Shown here: positions 41,983 to 55,013 of the stretch, piece by piece
Layout: each line of letters opens with the position of its first letter
Position numbering within the stretch: the stretch's first letter is position 1
Source of the DNA: Felis catus
Taxonomy: Eukaryota
NCBI RefSeq assembly: GCF_018350175.1
Contig: NC_058372.1
Coordinates: 80,042,001-80,106,000 of the forward strand
Length of the DNA: 64,000 bases
Direction: 5' to 3'
The notes under the pieces: model-generated
Databases searched by the model: none
What the model was told of the DNA's origin: nothing
What the model saw: the letters and a program-made list of their open reading frames with translations, nothing else
Position numbers and translations under genes: made by a program

Positions 41983-43489
41983 ATGTTGCTCACAGAGCCA
42001 AAGAAAAAATGATTTCCTGACATGGGAACACCCAGAAAAACAAAGTATGTTTTTAGTCCCTTTGTTCTTGCCTAACAAGCTCAGTTTTTGTTTTCTTAAC
42101 AGTGACAATCTATAGATCTAGATGTAGGTCACCATTACACAACCTGGATAGGGAATCAATTTAATATTCTCCCAAGTTTATGTTCATGTGCGTGTTAGTC
42201 TTGTTCCTCAGCTACTGTTAAGAACGTCTGATTCTCCCCCAGAGGATCTTGTTGCACTGATAAATGTAGAGGTACTTTCCTTTTCTCATCTCCGTTCCTA
42301 ATGCAGAACCACAGAATTGCAGAGCTAGATGGTACCTTCAGTTTTTAAAATCTTTCCCTTATCCAGCATCACTGAAATCTTCAGCTTTCCTCAATATACA
42401 TCAGTTTCTTAAGAACTGCCAAATACTCAGAGAGGAAATCCTGAGATGTTCAGTAAGTTGTGGTCTAAGCAGGAGTTCTTTTCACTTACCAAAATAGCTG
42501 TTATCTCGAGGAGTATCCTTGTTGAGAAATGAAGACAAATTTTATCTAGACTACGGAGTGCTGTGGTAGGAAGTATTTTGATTATGCAACCCCTACTCAT
42601 CAGAAGCGGGCAGCTTACCATTGTGAACTGGATATTTTTGCCAAAGTCACAGGGAAGAGACTAGGGAGGACTGAGAAGGGTCCAAGGCACCTAGTCTGAC
42701 AGGTTACACGGATCTTTCTCTACTAGAACGGAAAACCAGTAGAGGTGAGGAAACAGGATCAGTCTGCCTCCTAACGCAGAGAGATGGCAGCATCTCAAGG
42801 CCACTGCAATAGCTTATTTTAAACAACTGGGTTTTTGTTCCTTAGTATTGTCAAAAACTCAACTATGGGTCTGATGTGTATTTTCCCTTTTTTCCCTTGT
42901 GCTATCTGCTAAAAGGAGCAAATGCCACAATAGTACTTTTCCAAAGAAGCAAAACTTATTGGCTGTCATGTGGGTTGTGTTTGAAACAGAGATTGGAGCT
43001 TTCAATAGCTATGGGGAAATGATGTAAGACACAGAAAAGTTGTATAATATTGCAGTGGGGTTTTTTGTTGGTGAATTATTGCATTGAATATAGTAAATAT
43101 CTGTGATTAGGTTGAATATAGTTCTAATCATTTGACTTTGGGGGCCCAAAATAAAGGAAGTGATGTTTTCACATTTAAATCTTTTTTTTTTCAGTCAAGC
43201 GTTGATACTGCAGAGATATGTTGTCTTCTATTTAATATTTTTATTAATTTGAATTTGTCTCTTCCAAGCATTAAATATGGTTCTCAACACTATGGATATT
43301 GAAATCCTTATTTAAAAAATGCAAGTATGACTGCTTTGTTTAGTGTACATTTTCGTTTCTGTGGTTGACCAAATTTATGTTCCCAGAAAGAGTGCCTTCA
43401 CCCAGCTACATCTTACCTTGTTTCTATAGAAGTGTGATTTCTGGTAAATACATTTGCCTCAAAGTAGAGGTCAGATGCACTGCATGAAA

Positions 43490-43495
43490 AATAAA
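43490..43495 (+). terminator. candidate distal ANKRD6 poly(A) signal AATAAA
   Basis: canonical hexamer in AT-rich repeat-free UTR-like sequence; another at 43801-43806. Confidence 0.45.
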
Positions 43496-44473
43496 TGTTT
43501 CAGAAGCCCATAATATGGAAATACTTCTTAGTGCAAGCTTAAATGTTTTGCTTAGTATTTTCTAAAAGGTCAACAGTTTGAACAGAACAAAACCTCTTAA
43601 TTGTGTGCAGGCAAAATAACATTTTTGACAAAACTGTTCATAAAAGCTAAATACATTTCTTCTTGTGATATAAAAGCCAAATCAATTAAATAAGATTTAA
43701 AGGCAAACAAAACTGACCTTTTAGAATACTTATGCGTAAGAAAAATTTTTGTTATTTTAAAGGGAAATATTCTTCTGTAATACTGTCAAAATACCATGAC
43801 AATAAATGTTAACATTAAATCCATGAGACACCTAAGAAACAGCACAACACTTTTTCTAATGCAAAACAGAATGGGTAAAAAAGCGACATAGTAAACACAA
43901 ATAGTAAATTTAATTCTGACAGAATTTCTTAAATGCCTGACTGAAGGAAGGAAACCGGCTGGGCGATTTCTAGTTGGGCAAAGTGACATCTGCTTTTGAG
44001 CCTGCTTGGACCTTAACTCTACGTAAGCTCAATTTTTTCCCACAGTAGACGTGAGCTGCGTCCCTCTGGCCACATTTTTCTTCCATAAAAGAGACAAGGT
44101 AGGTAAGTGTGGGTCTCCCCCCTCTCCTGCATGGCTGCTGGTGTGTCTACAATAATGCAAATACCAGGGAGAATGTTCTGCTTTCCTCAAACGTTCAAGC
44201 CCTTTGCTCTGCAGGCACATCCGCAGCAATGCCTGTGCCTTGGTTTTGAATTTCCTACGCGATGGCACACTTAAAAGGAGGAAATGACGTAGGGACAGTC
44301 AGTATGCAAATAGCCCTAGCCACTTCTCATGCTAGAATGCTTTTGTATTAAAAAAAGTATTTTTTTTAATATAAAGATTTGACTTACTGTAGTTCAAATA
44401 CATAAACTGAACATCCAAACATCTGAAAATTAAACCTTAGGAACAAAACTTGAATACTCGCCAGAGTATGGTT

Positions 44474-44689
44474 GGGCTGCCTGGTCAGTTCAGTCAGTTA
44501 AGCGTCTCACTCTTGATTTTTGGCTCAGGTCATGATCTCATGGTTTGTGAGATTGAGCCCACTTTAGGCTCTGCACCGACAGTGTGCAGTGTGGGGCCTG
44601 CTTGGGATTCTCTCTCCCCCTCAGCCCCTCCCCTGCATGCACTCACTCTCTCTCAAATAAACAGTTTTTTTTTTGTTGTCGTTTTTTTA
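44474..44689 (+). mobile_element. older Can-SINE with TSD agagtatggtt
   Basis: TSD at 44463-73 and 44690-700. Confidence 0.85.
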
Positions 44690-45984
44690 AGAGTATGGTT
44701 TATAGGGAATATCCAGAAAGGTAATTTGTTGTCTAATCTAGAACACTGATAAGGATGCTAAATGTGTTTCACCAGCAGTTCTAATCTGGCCAACATCTTA
44801 ACGAGCATGGTTCCATATGTGAGAGGAGAAGTTGTTGTTTAGGCTAAGATTTATTTAGCGCTTAAGTCTTGTCATTATATAAGATTATAAAAATCCTAGC
44901 CTCTAGAAGATGAAAATTTGCAGTGTTTTGCCCAATTTAAACAATCAAAACAAACCCAAGTTAGATTTTCTTGGCATTTTTGCATCTTGCAAATTTAAAC
45001 CACAAATGCACTTACATCTTTGACATACACCAGTGCTAGTAAAAACGTCACCCAGGTCACTGACTTCTACACCTCATAAAAGGATGATTTTTAGTGTCAA
45101 GATCTTGGATTTATTAGAGACAGCCTAACTTGAGTGTGTATATCATGCTGTACAAAGAAAAGTATTCTGTGTTTAGAAACTTCGCAAGTGCTTCTGGTTC
45201 ATCACATGGCCTTGTGATAGGTTGACTAATGTGTACACCTATATACAAACCTGATAATTAGCTCATGCATTTTGAATTCAATTACCCTGTTGAAGAATGA
45301 TTTTGTCTTGCAGGCTTTGAGGTTATGGAAGGGTCAGGTCCACCTGTAATAATGCAATAATGTAAGTCATTGACAAATGCCACTATCTGCTTCTCTTGCC
45401 TTTGGCACACAATCCAGTACTAGGTAACCATTCTGCAAAATTTTTCCTACATTTTCCAGGTGTTGGTCAGGTTCTTGCATTAATTTTTTAGATCTGTAAA
45501 TGAACAGAGGTCAGTCTGCAGGACTGTCAATCCAGCCTCTTCCATAAGCTTTCACTAAACCGTGTTACACATTTTGGTCTCAAAATGTGCTCAGGTCAAT
45601 TTCTTGTCTTCAAAGTATTCTTAAAACTCTTTCTCTTCCTGTCACTGGAGGAGAACCTAATGCACCAAGGATATTCCCTGATTCTTTTACTTCTTTCTTT
45701 GTGGATGCTAAGGTAATTGCATTAGTTTCATCCAGAAGTTGTCTCTTCTTTTTGGTTAAGTGCTTCAATATGTTCATGAGGCTTCTCTCTCTCCTCTTTC
45801 CAGCAAAGATCTAGATTCCCAGTGGTGACTTTTCGGAGAGTCCTCTGCTATGAGATCATAACACATCTGAAGAACCTACCTCAACAACCCTGAGGGGTAA
45901 CACAGAAGGACTTTTTTCAAGAAAGGTCCAGGGTATCTCCTGAGGTCAGTATGCTTCCAATCATAAATCTCCTACTGCTTCTTA

Positions 45985-46740
45985 AAACAGCTTTATTGAC
46001 TTATTTAATTGACGCATAGTACTGCTGTATATCAGTAAAAAAAAAAAAAAAAAAAAAAAAAAATCAGAAAAACCTAGCTTTGTTGAAGCAGAATTCACAT
46101 ACCATACATGCAAAATGTATGATTCGTTGGACTTGAGTATATTGAGTTGTGCATCTAACACCACAATCTAACTTTAGAGTGCTTTCATTACCCAGAACAG
46201 GAACCCCATATCCATTAAATTCCTCTCCAGGCTATCCACAGCCCTGAGCAACCACCTCTTTCTGCCTCTTTCAGACATTTCATGTAAATGGAATCCTACA
46301 ATAAGTGATTTTCTGCGATTGGTCTCAGGGTTCATCCATGTGTAGCATGTATCAGTACTTAATTCCTTTTTATTACTAAATCTATAGGCATCATATTTAT
46401 TCACTTATCGGTTGATGGGTATTGGGATTGCTTCTATTTTTTGGCTGGTATGAATGATGCTGCTGTGAATATTCCTGTACAAGTTTTTTTGTAGAAAGGT
46501 TTTCAGTTCTCTTGGTTACAGACCTAGGAACAGAACTGTCGAATTTACTCTCTTAAGCAGCTGACAGTCTGTTTTCCAAAGTGGCTGTGCCATTTTCTAT
46601 TCCCACAGCAATGTGTGAGAGGTTCAATTTTCCTGTATCTCTACCACCATTTGTTATTATCTTTTTAATTAGTTATTTCAGCTGATATGGTAGTGTCTCA
46701 GTGTGGTTTAGACTTGCATTTCCCAGATAGTTAATGGTAG
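45985..46740 (-). mobile_element. old L1M 3' fragment downstream of the LYRM2 stop
   Basis: aacagctttattga..., catttcatgtaaatggaatc, ttttccaaagtggctgtgccattt motifs. Confidence 0.75.
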
Positions 46741-47005
46741 GGATCACCTTCTGCATTGACCACCTGTACTGGTTTTTGCTGCTTAAACTGCTGACATATC
46801 CAAAAACATTTTCAGAATACAAAGTATATTTTTCAGTGTTAAGGCAATTGTTCTGATGTGTTTTTCCTTGACATGCCATGCTCCATGTTCTGTATTTTCC
46901 CAAGTACTGTACAGTTTGACTTGGTGTTAGGCTGTCCATCATGGAGTCGAATCAGCTCAACAATATACATGGAGACTTTGAAAATCTTTCAGGATAATAC
47001 TACAG

Positions 47006-47086
47006 TTAAGATTTTGCCAAAGCAAGTGTTTTTTCTAACTCCTTGAGCTGCATATTGCCTTGAGTAATCATCATCCGGATTGTATC
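47006..47086 (-). CDS. LYRM2: LYRM2 exon 3 DTIRMMITQGNMQLKELEKTLALAKS*
   Basis: minus-strand cag acceptor, 81 nt, TAA stop at 47008-47006. Confidence 0.96.
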   Translation of the reverse strand, partial: DTIRMMITQGNMQLKELEKTLALAKS

Positions 47087-47527
47087 CTGTAGAAGAAAGT
47101 GAAATCTGGTCATTGTTCTACCTGATTAAATAGAGCTGTACTTTATCATTTTATTTGTTAGTCAGGAACCAATACTGAGAATTGGAACTTCTGGGTATCA
47201 GGAAAGCTCCAAGCTGACAACTATGGGTGCACAGTGTCTGGCATGCTTTCAGATACCCTAGTCATCACACTTCCCAAACCATCAAGCTGGCCTATTTATA
47301 ATCTTTTCAGGTGTGTATGTATGTCCAGTTAACAGGTGATGCTACTGTAGAGCAAAGATTAGGAGATTTTAAATATCACTGGGGTAGAAAAATAGTAACA
47401 TTAAAAGCAATGACGAAGATATATCATCTCTGTGACATACTCCAAGATGTCTACTCATCTTTTAAAAAAAAAATGCCAATTAATACAAAATGGTCAGGGC
47501 CTGTCCTGCCTGTGATCTCTTTCTCAC

Positions 47528-47668
47528 CTCTTCCGTGGCACCTTTGTTTCTTTTGAATTCTTCCCTTGCCCAGTCCTTCAGGTATTTGCGATCAGAATCA
47601 TTTGGAACTTGCCGAATTGCTTGCAAAATCCTTCTGTAGAGAAGTAGAACTTGTTGCCTTCTCATGAA
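47528..47668 (-). CDS. LYRM2: LYRM2 exon 2 FMRRQQVLLLYRRILQAIRQ...KGATEE (LYR motif)
   Basis: ORF 47480..47665; AG/GTGAG boundaries, 141 nt, phase 0; LYR tripeptide. Confidence 0.97.
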
Positions 47669-47999
47669 CTGTAGAATGGAGGAGAAATGTCAATACAACT
47701 GCAAAACCTACAGCCGAGAGGGCTTTACTTTGGGAAACCAAACTAAACAGATGACTTTTCTTTGCCTTTTTCAAAACTGAGGACCAAAGAAAAACTTTTT
47801 CCTTTTCAGAAGAAGGCAAAAAGTTTGGGCTGTTTGCTTACTCCTTTGTCAAACCTAAGAATCTTTAACGTCAAAAGACGACCACTGGGCAGAAAAAGGG
47901 CTACCAGTTACTAAAACCTGTGATTACTGTAACAGCACTTTTTCTAAACCAATGCAGTTGTTAAAATCCTTTGGTAATCTCATTCTTTACAATAGCTCA

Positions 48000-48460
48000 G
48001 TACAACAGCCAGAGCAATCTTTCCCGTGGCCGAAGCGTCAAGAGATAGGCAGCGGGTTGGCGGGTGGCCCGCCGAATCCGTGGCCAGAGGTCAGCCCCCA
48101 CCCCAGCCTCCGCAGCAGGAAGCCCCGCCCCAAGCCGGGCCAATCTCAGGGGGAGTGCACACCGGCTCAGAATTCCCCGTAGGGCTAAGCCGCCCCCGAG
48201 CCCCACTCTGCAGGGGGGTGTGGAGGGAGAGACGGATAATTGAAATCAGACCGTGGGAAGCTGCTCTAGAAGGCTCTCGAGAACAGGTGTTACCTGCTTT
48301 AGTGTTAGAGTCGCCGGGGGTAACCTGGAAGTAGCCATGTCCTCCGGGCAGCGTGGTTCCCCTACAGCTCCAATGCGCAGGAGCGGAAGTGGGGGCGTGG
48401 TCAGCAGGCGGTGGGGGGAGGGAGCTCGGTTTCCTGGGATACGGCCTGTGGATTACACTT
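48000..48460 (-). promoter_or_regulatory. LYRM2 CpG-rich TATA-less promoter with CCAAT (48370-74), ETS/GABP CGGAAGT (48384-90) and Sp/KLF GGGGGCGTGG (48391-400)
   Basis: local CpG enrichment around exon 1; motifs read directly; GABP/Sp sites are typical of nuclear-encoded mitochondrial genes. Confidence 0.75.
48294..48338 (-). CDS. LYRM2: LYRM2 exon 1 MATSRLPPATLTLKQ
   Basis: ATG at 48338-36, donor GTAACA; the three exons join to 88 aa, the length I recall for human LYRM2. Confidence 0.95.
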
Positions 48461-49894
48461 GGCCCCCAAATCCCCTGCAGTGTGTCTAAACTGAAGCCCC
48501 AGCAGTTGGAACCAGTAATGAGCTAGGTATAACCTTGGGCAGTTTTGTCTTCGACTAAATTTTCTTTTGGGTGAGAGGCGATTACAGTTCTTGTGCCACA
48601 AATAGTTGTGATAAAAGGAGTGGCAAGGCAACTGGCCCAGTTCCTGGCACTGTGGTTTTTATTAAATGGAAGTTTGAGAGGGGTAAAATTTAGTGTATTC
48701 CTTTTGAGCTTTTTAAACGTGCATAGTTAGAAATAAGATATGTTTACTTTAAAATCTACTTTTTTTTTTTTTTTTTTTTTTTTGCTGTTCCATCCTGGTG
48801 TTTTCTGTTTGCAAGCAATTTCCTCATGGTGGTAATCTTCATGGTTGCCATTAGTTATGTTAATCTTAAACATAAAGTTTACTTTATCAGTAAAAATGGG
48901 GTTATTTGGGAATAGAGAATTCACAATTGGGTACCTACAAGCTCTGGCAAAACCATAGGCAAGCCCAATGAACATGGGGGGGGGATCTTATTTTATGAAG
49001 AAGAAAGTTGAGGGGGGTTGTTTCGAAAAGTCCATTGGAAAATAAGAGTTGAGGGTGATGATTTCTCATTGAGTTTCAGGGGAGGTTGAAGTCTTGTACA
49101 TTGCACCTCTTCCAGCTTTTCCCTGTTGGCGCCTGTAATTTAGGATTCTTTTCTATTGACCTGTTTTGAGTCTGTAATGGACAATTCTTCCTGGGAGGGA
49201 CATTGAGTGGTACAGCTTTCCTTTCTAGCCTCCTGACTCCTGTGAAGTCTCCCTTTATTAATTTTCACATTAGTTAAGAGGTTTTAAATGGCTGCCCCAT
49301 TGGTGTTTTAACAATTTTGTATCACTAATGAGACACTGAAAATGCGCACACTTTTAAGCTTTTATTTCCTTGTAATTTTATCCTCCCCACAACACATAAC
49401 TGCCCTTATGTAAGTAGGATTAGTGAATCTTTGCTGTATTTTTTGTCAAATAGAATTGTTCTAAATTAGAATATAGCCAGAAATGTTCATTTGGTTACCT
49501 GTTTAGTGAGCATTTACTTGATTGTGTCACTTGCTGGAATTGTTTGGTGTGGTCCCCTTTTCTAATTGTGTTTTTCTGGCAACTTGATTTCTCCCAGCCT
49601 CTTTCCTCATCTGTAAAGTGAAGCAAGACCTACCTGAGTCCTACTAGAAACAGGACCTGCCACCTATACTCTTGATGATTAGCTTTCTTGAACATTACCA
49701 GGCATTGTGTGGGTGATGCTGTGACTACTTTTGAAGTTTTGTGTAATTGCAATAGCAACTCCTTTTTTTCTTATAAAAGTGAAGTTAAATATCCCTTGCC
49801 ACTTTTATGAATTGTCATGACTGGTCCATTTATGGTGATCAAGGTTTTTATTCTAATTTTATATGGGTTGTTTGTTTAAAAATTTTAGTCCTTT

Positions 49895-50068
49895 TGGGGG
49901 CACCTGGGTGGCTCAGTCAAGTGTCTGACTCTTGATTTCAGCTCTGGCCATGATCATAATTCGGTAGATCAAGCCCCACATCAGGCTCCATACTGACAGT
50001 GAGGAACCTACTTGGGATTCTCGCCCTCCCTCTCTTCCCTTCCCCTGTGCTCTCTCAAAACTAAAAGC
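49895..50068 (+). mobile_element. Can-SINE with TSD aattttagtcctt
   Basis: TSD at 49881-93 and 50069-81. Confidence 0.88.
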
Positions 50069-50315
50069 AATTTTAGTCCTTCTGTTTATATAGCTTTCAG
50101 AAGTTTCTATATAGTCATGTATTATTCTTTCAAGCCTTCTCAATTTCATCTTTTCCCCTTCAGAGCTTTGTAATTCTGTATTTATGTCTTCCTGGTTAAC
50201 TTTAAACTAGGTGGTGTAAATATTTTAATTTTGATTTATGGCATGATGTGGATGTCAGTATTTTTGCCAGCTGCTAAACTATAATTTGGACACTATTTAT
50301 TAGATCATTCTTCAG

Positions 50316-50492
50316 AGGTACCTGGGTGGCTCAATCGAGCATCCAACTCTAGATAATGGCTTGGGTCGTGATCCCAGGGGATCAAGCCCCACATCAGGAT
50401 CTGTGCTGACAGTGTTGACAGCATGGAGCCTGCTTGGGATTCTCTCTTCCTCTCTGTCCATCCCCTGGCTCATGTGCTCTAAATAAATAAAT
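50316..50492 (+). mobile_element. Can-SINE (older); further degenerate copies at about 51093-51220 and 51868-51990
   Basis: head, ggagcctgcttgggattctc core, tail. Confidence 0.8.
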
Positions 50493-52024
50493 GATGCCCA
50501 TATGGTAAAATTTTTTTAGGGTCTAAACAAATTGTTCAGGATTATTTCACCTAGGACTAGTATGTTTTATTAAATGGCAGAACTACTCCCCTGTAGCTTC
50601 TTGTACGAATCTTTTATATCCTTTCCCTACAGATCATTGTAAAATCTTTATTAAAATTGATAGTGTTGAATCTATAAATTAGAAAAGACATTTTTATACA
50701 TGAACTCATGCTAGAGCCTGAAATACTGTCATGAGTCATAGATGCTCCCCTGTCTTAGGTCTTCCTGCCTAAAGTGGGAGTGCAAGTCCAATGCAATATT
50801 ACAGATGGTGTCAGGGTTCATACCTGAGGGCTTATTCTGAGCTAGGTAGGTGTTTCCAGAAAGGTACATTAGGTAAGAAAATTCCAAAGGACACCTAGGA
50901 TGCTAGCAGATTCCAGGACTTCTCATTTGCTGTAACCAGAACCTTCTGTGGTAGGGATTCTGGGAGAGAAGGGACAGGAGAGGTCACCCTAGAAGCATGA
51001 TCTTTTTCTTGGATGTTATGAGATGAAGCAGGCAATGCGACTTGTCTGGGCTACCACCAAAGTAGTCCAGGCTACAGATTAAAAGCGCTCCAAGGGTGCC
51101 TGGGTGGCTCAGTCAGTTGAGCACTGGACTCTTGATTTTCGGCTCAGGTCATGATTCCAGGGTTGTGGGCACCCATGTGGGGGGCTCCGCATGGAGCCTG
51201 CTTGGGGTTCTCTAAAATAAGAGTGTCCAGGTGCAGTGTAGTCAGGAGAGCAGAAGGGAAGACGGGATAAAAGACCAGACAAGATTGGGGTTTGGATGAA
51301 GACTACGTAAGGCAGCTATAATGGTTAAGCTCCAAGTGAGAGCAAGCATACCCTCTAACTCCCGCTCAGTGACTCAAGTGCATCATGCTGCTTACCCTCA
51401 CCCTGTCACAGTTCCTGATAGGTCTCCTGGGACTGCTCCCACGTTTCCCATCACAGCACAAGCTGCAAACGAGACTCTTGGGTTTCAGCAGGGAGGCTTC
51501 AGTTTCGATGGTCCGCTTTCAAAGGTACATATGACAGACCACATCAGAATGTTGGTGTCTTTCCCTTTCAGATCCGTTATAGACGGCTATGGCCAATGAA
51601 ACCTGTCATTTTGGAGCAAAATCTGTACAAGCCATTGTTTTCCACCAACTTACCCTTTCCTGTGCCACAAGGCCAGAGCATGGTGAGCAGCTCACCCACC
51701 ATGGACATGAAACACAAGTAAGAAATAAACCCTTATTTCAGGAAGCCACTAAGGTGGTGGGTCCATGGTGGGTCCAGCGTAAGCTAGTGACCGCTGATCC
51801 AGCAGACAAGATCATTCCCTTAGCACACCTTTTACACACCTGTTGTGTCCCATTAAGAATGGTTGCAGGGATGCTTGGTGAGTCCATCTGATTCTTGGAT
51901 TTGATCTCAGGGTTGTGAGATCGGGCTCCACACTGAGCCTGCTTCAGATTCTCTCCCACTCACTCTCTGCAGTTTCCACCTCTCAAACACTTAAACTGGT
52001 CACAAATTACAACAGTGGTATATA

Positions 52025-52030
52025 TTTAAT
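52025..52030 (-). terminator. candidate MDN1 poly(A) signal ATTAAA
   Basis: TTTAAT on +, about 1.2 kb past the MDN1 stop; no canonical AATAAA seen on - between here and the stop. Confidence 0.5.
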
Positions 52031-53236
52031 AATTTTCAGAATATAAGCTGCATAGCTTTTTAGAATAAAAAATGATATAACTTCAGGTACATGCTTTAGG
52101 ACACTTGGTTAAACAACAAGCAATCTGTGTCTTCGATGACCACCTCAAAAATGTGGCAACATTCACAGTGTAACTTGAAAACAAACAGGAGATAGACGAT
52201 TACGTGATGGCATGTTGTCTACAAAACGACATTCTGACAACTTAAATAGAACACAGCAACAATTTCAAGTATTCAATCAGTGCTTTCTGGCCAAGTAAAA
52301 ACTGTCTAAAAATCATTGATGTAGTTTAACTGGGGGGAAAAAAAAGTACTTAGTTTTCTTAAACACGGCATTTCTTTTCCAGAACGAGACTGGCTCAGTC
52401 CAGCTTGAAAGCAGTGTGAGGAATATTCTTCCCCTTAACGGTTAAGAAAAAAATGAACTGAAGAAATAAATTACTACGACACCAGGGACCGTGGCGCTGA
52501 GAGAATGAAATAACCAAAGGGAAAATCACTTTTCCATCATTGCATAGTCTCCCGCAGCAGCAAATGCAAAGGACAGCACAGAAAAGCCACTTCATTTTTA
52601 CACAGCCCGGGGGTCATTTTTCGGCTTACCTGGGCTCCTATGCTATCTGGTTGCTTTGTAAGAGCACACACACCCTGACCTCCCTAACCCTCAAAGAGAA
52701 GGTAGTTCCCTGCACATGAAGCACAATGACAAAACACACGCACTCAAGCCTCTAGAAAGCTGCAGCTGTCTCCGCCTCTTGACGGCATTTAGATACACAC
52801 TGTGGGATCGGCAAGGCAGAGCCTCAGAGCAGGGTCACAAGGGCAGCTGCCTGTGGTCCTTTGTCCAAAGGACTGGGACGATCCCATTCTCCCAGCAGCT
52901 ACTCCAGGGGGGGCAGCAGCTGGGCCCTGGCCTCCTCTTGGGCCGGGGCTTCCAGGTCCAGACACCGGCCACTGCCCTGGGTTTGTTACGGCTGTAGCCG
53001 GGGCAACAGCAGAGGCCGAGGCTGGCCAGGCTCTGAAAGCACATTATAAGATAAAGTGTACATTGTAATAAAAATTGTCTGCAGCTATTAGATGAATCTT
53101 TATAAATCAGATCTAAGATAAATTAACATTTTAGAGCTGTGAGTTCGGAAGCAGTTGTCCAAAAGAGGAAGCAACAGGCTGGAGGCGCCAAAGTCTGACA
53201 ATGGTGTAAAGTCTCACTTTAGACTGTGTTCCTTCC

Positions 53237-53425
53237 CTACAGGTGGTCAGAGGCTGCCACCAACTCAAACCACTGCCTAAGAGCATCACTGAGCGTCTCG
53301 GGGAGCGCGTTCACATCGCGAAGGATGATGTAGAATGGGAACGGGAACTCTTCCATGTAGGATCGGATTTCAGGCATCTCTCCAGGTCCTTTAAATATGG
53401 GCACTTTGATGTCCAAGATAGAATC
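53237..53425 (-). CDS. MDN1: MDN1 last coding exon DSILDIKVPIFKGPGEMPEIRSYMEEFPFPFYIILRDVNALPETLSDALRQWFELVAASDHL*
   Basis: ORF 53237..53464; cag acceptor, TAG stop; midasin C-terminus. Confidence 0.97.
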   Translation of the reverse strand, partial: DSILDIKVPIFKGPGEMPEIRSYMEEFPFPFYIILRDVNALPETLSDALRQWFELVAASDHL

Positions 53426-54175
53426 CTGTAAACAGGAGACATTTTGAAATAAAAACCAAACCAATATCCTTGGCTAGCTCTTCCCTGATCTCTTTTGCTA
53501 ATAGTTTTTAGGTCTCCTGTATCTAACTCCTAATATAAAATTAGCTTTTATTATTAAGAAACAATTTGCAGAACTTTCATTAAGGAGGCAGATCTCTGAG
53601 CACCCCTTCCAGGAGAATGGACACTGAAAAAGAGGGAGAGACCAGAAAACCCAATTTCCCATATTCTACTTGGAGTAATTCACATCAAGTCTTCCTACTT
53701 GTTATCCAGGCCTTAATGTGACCTGCAGAGACCATGCTTCGCCTGGAACAGAGCTGTCCTGTGGGGGTCTTTCACTTAGCAACTGATGCTTCCTGCTCTG
53801 AGAAGGGCACTGCTAGGATACCAGTAACTGGAAAGGGCTGGTGTATAGTTCGAAGTAGACAAGGCCCATCATCGAGGCTGCAGTACCGGAAATGACACAG
53901 TACAGAGGGAAAGGATGACCCACTAGAGCAGGAATTGACACAGCAAGTGGTTAAGAGGGTGGTCTCTGGAATGTCCGAATTCTGGCTTTCTTGACCTATG
54001 ACCTGTGTTTCTGTCCTTCACTGTAAAGTGGGAGTATTAACAAAAAATACAGTGCCTCGGATAGTGTCCGGCAGAACATAAGGAGTTAAGGTGTGACCTA
54101 GGCCATATTTCAGATAGAACATGATGAAGGGTATCCTCACTTTATCCTCAAAAGCAGCTTTTAGTAATCACTCAC

Positions 54176-54318
54176 CCGTGAACTGGGATTGTCCAATACA
54201 ACAAAAATGACGAAGATGTTAGCATTCCGGGCAGCTTGGACTGCTGCCAGGACTCTGTCTTTGCCCTCGAGGAAAAGGCCGCGCCCATCAGAGACCACCA
54301 GGAGGAGCTGTGCGTTTT
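54176..54318 (-). CDS. MDN1: MDN1 exon (E)NAQLLLVVSDGRGLFLEG...LDNPSSR (MIDAS SDG motif)
   Basis: cag/GTGAG boundaries, 143 nt, phase 1 to 0. Confidence 0.96.
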
Positions 54319-54496
54319 CTGTGGTAGAACATACAGCAGGAGAGGAAGGGAACAAAATGAAGATCCCACTGTTAACAACTCCAAGCTACCTAAAGACAAA
54401 TAGGTTAATAGCACAGAGAAAGCCGACACTAAACAGACATCTGAAACTGATGAATTCTGGACATAAGCAAAAGGGACCTCTAAGATGGGACATTAG

Positions 54497-54716
54497 GGGC
54501 GCCTGGGTGGCGCAGTCGGTTAAGCGTCCGACTTCAGCCAGGTCACGATCTCGCGGTCCGTGAGTTTGAGCCCCGCGTCGGGCTCTGGGCTGATGGCTCA
54601 GAGCCTGGAGCCTGTTTCCGATTCTGTGTCTCCCTCTCTCTCTGCCCCTCCCCCGTTCATGCTCTGTCTCTCTCTGTCCCAAAAATAAATAAACGTTGAA
54701 AAAAAAAAAAAATTTT
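54497..54716 (+). mobile_element. very young SINEC_Fc with TSD taagatgggacattag
   Basis: exact 16-bp TSD at 54481-96 and 54717-32; CpGs intact. Confidence 0.95.
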
Positions 54717-54795
54717 TAAGATGGGACATTAGATGCCACAGTCGGACACAAGGTTACACAGACATATGAAGCTTCGGTCAATAAAACAATTTCCC

Positions 54796-55013
54796 GGGGC
54801 GCCTGGGTGGCGCAGTCGGTTGAGCGTCTGACTTCAGCCAGGTCACGATTTCGCAGTCTGTGAGTTCGAGCCCCGCGTCGGGCTCTGGGCTGATGGCTCA
54901 GAGCCTGGAGCCTGTTTCCTATTCTGTGTCTCTCTCTCTCTCTGCCCCTCGCCCATTCATGCTCTGTCTCTCTCTGTCCCAAAAATAAATAAACATTGAA
55001 AAAAAAAATTTTT
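54796..55013 (+). mobile_element. very young SINEC_Fc with TSD aaacaatttccc
   Basis: exact 12-bp TSD at 54784-95 and 55014-25. Confidence 0.95.

Noticed and set aside
45340-45960. Purine-rich minus-strand stretch reading like decayed protein (IFAGKRRERSLMNILKHL...)
   Set aside because: Six stops in about 157 codons is near random expectation and I recognise no homolog; a tblastx/Dfam search would settle it
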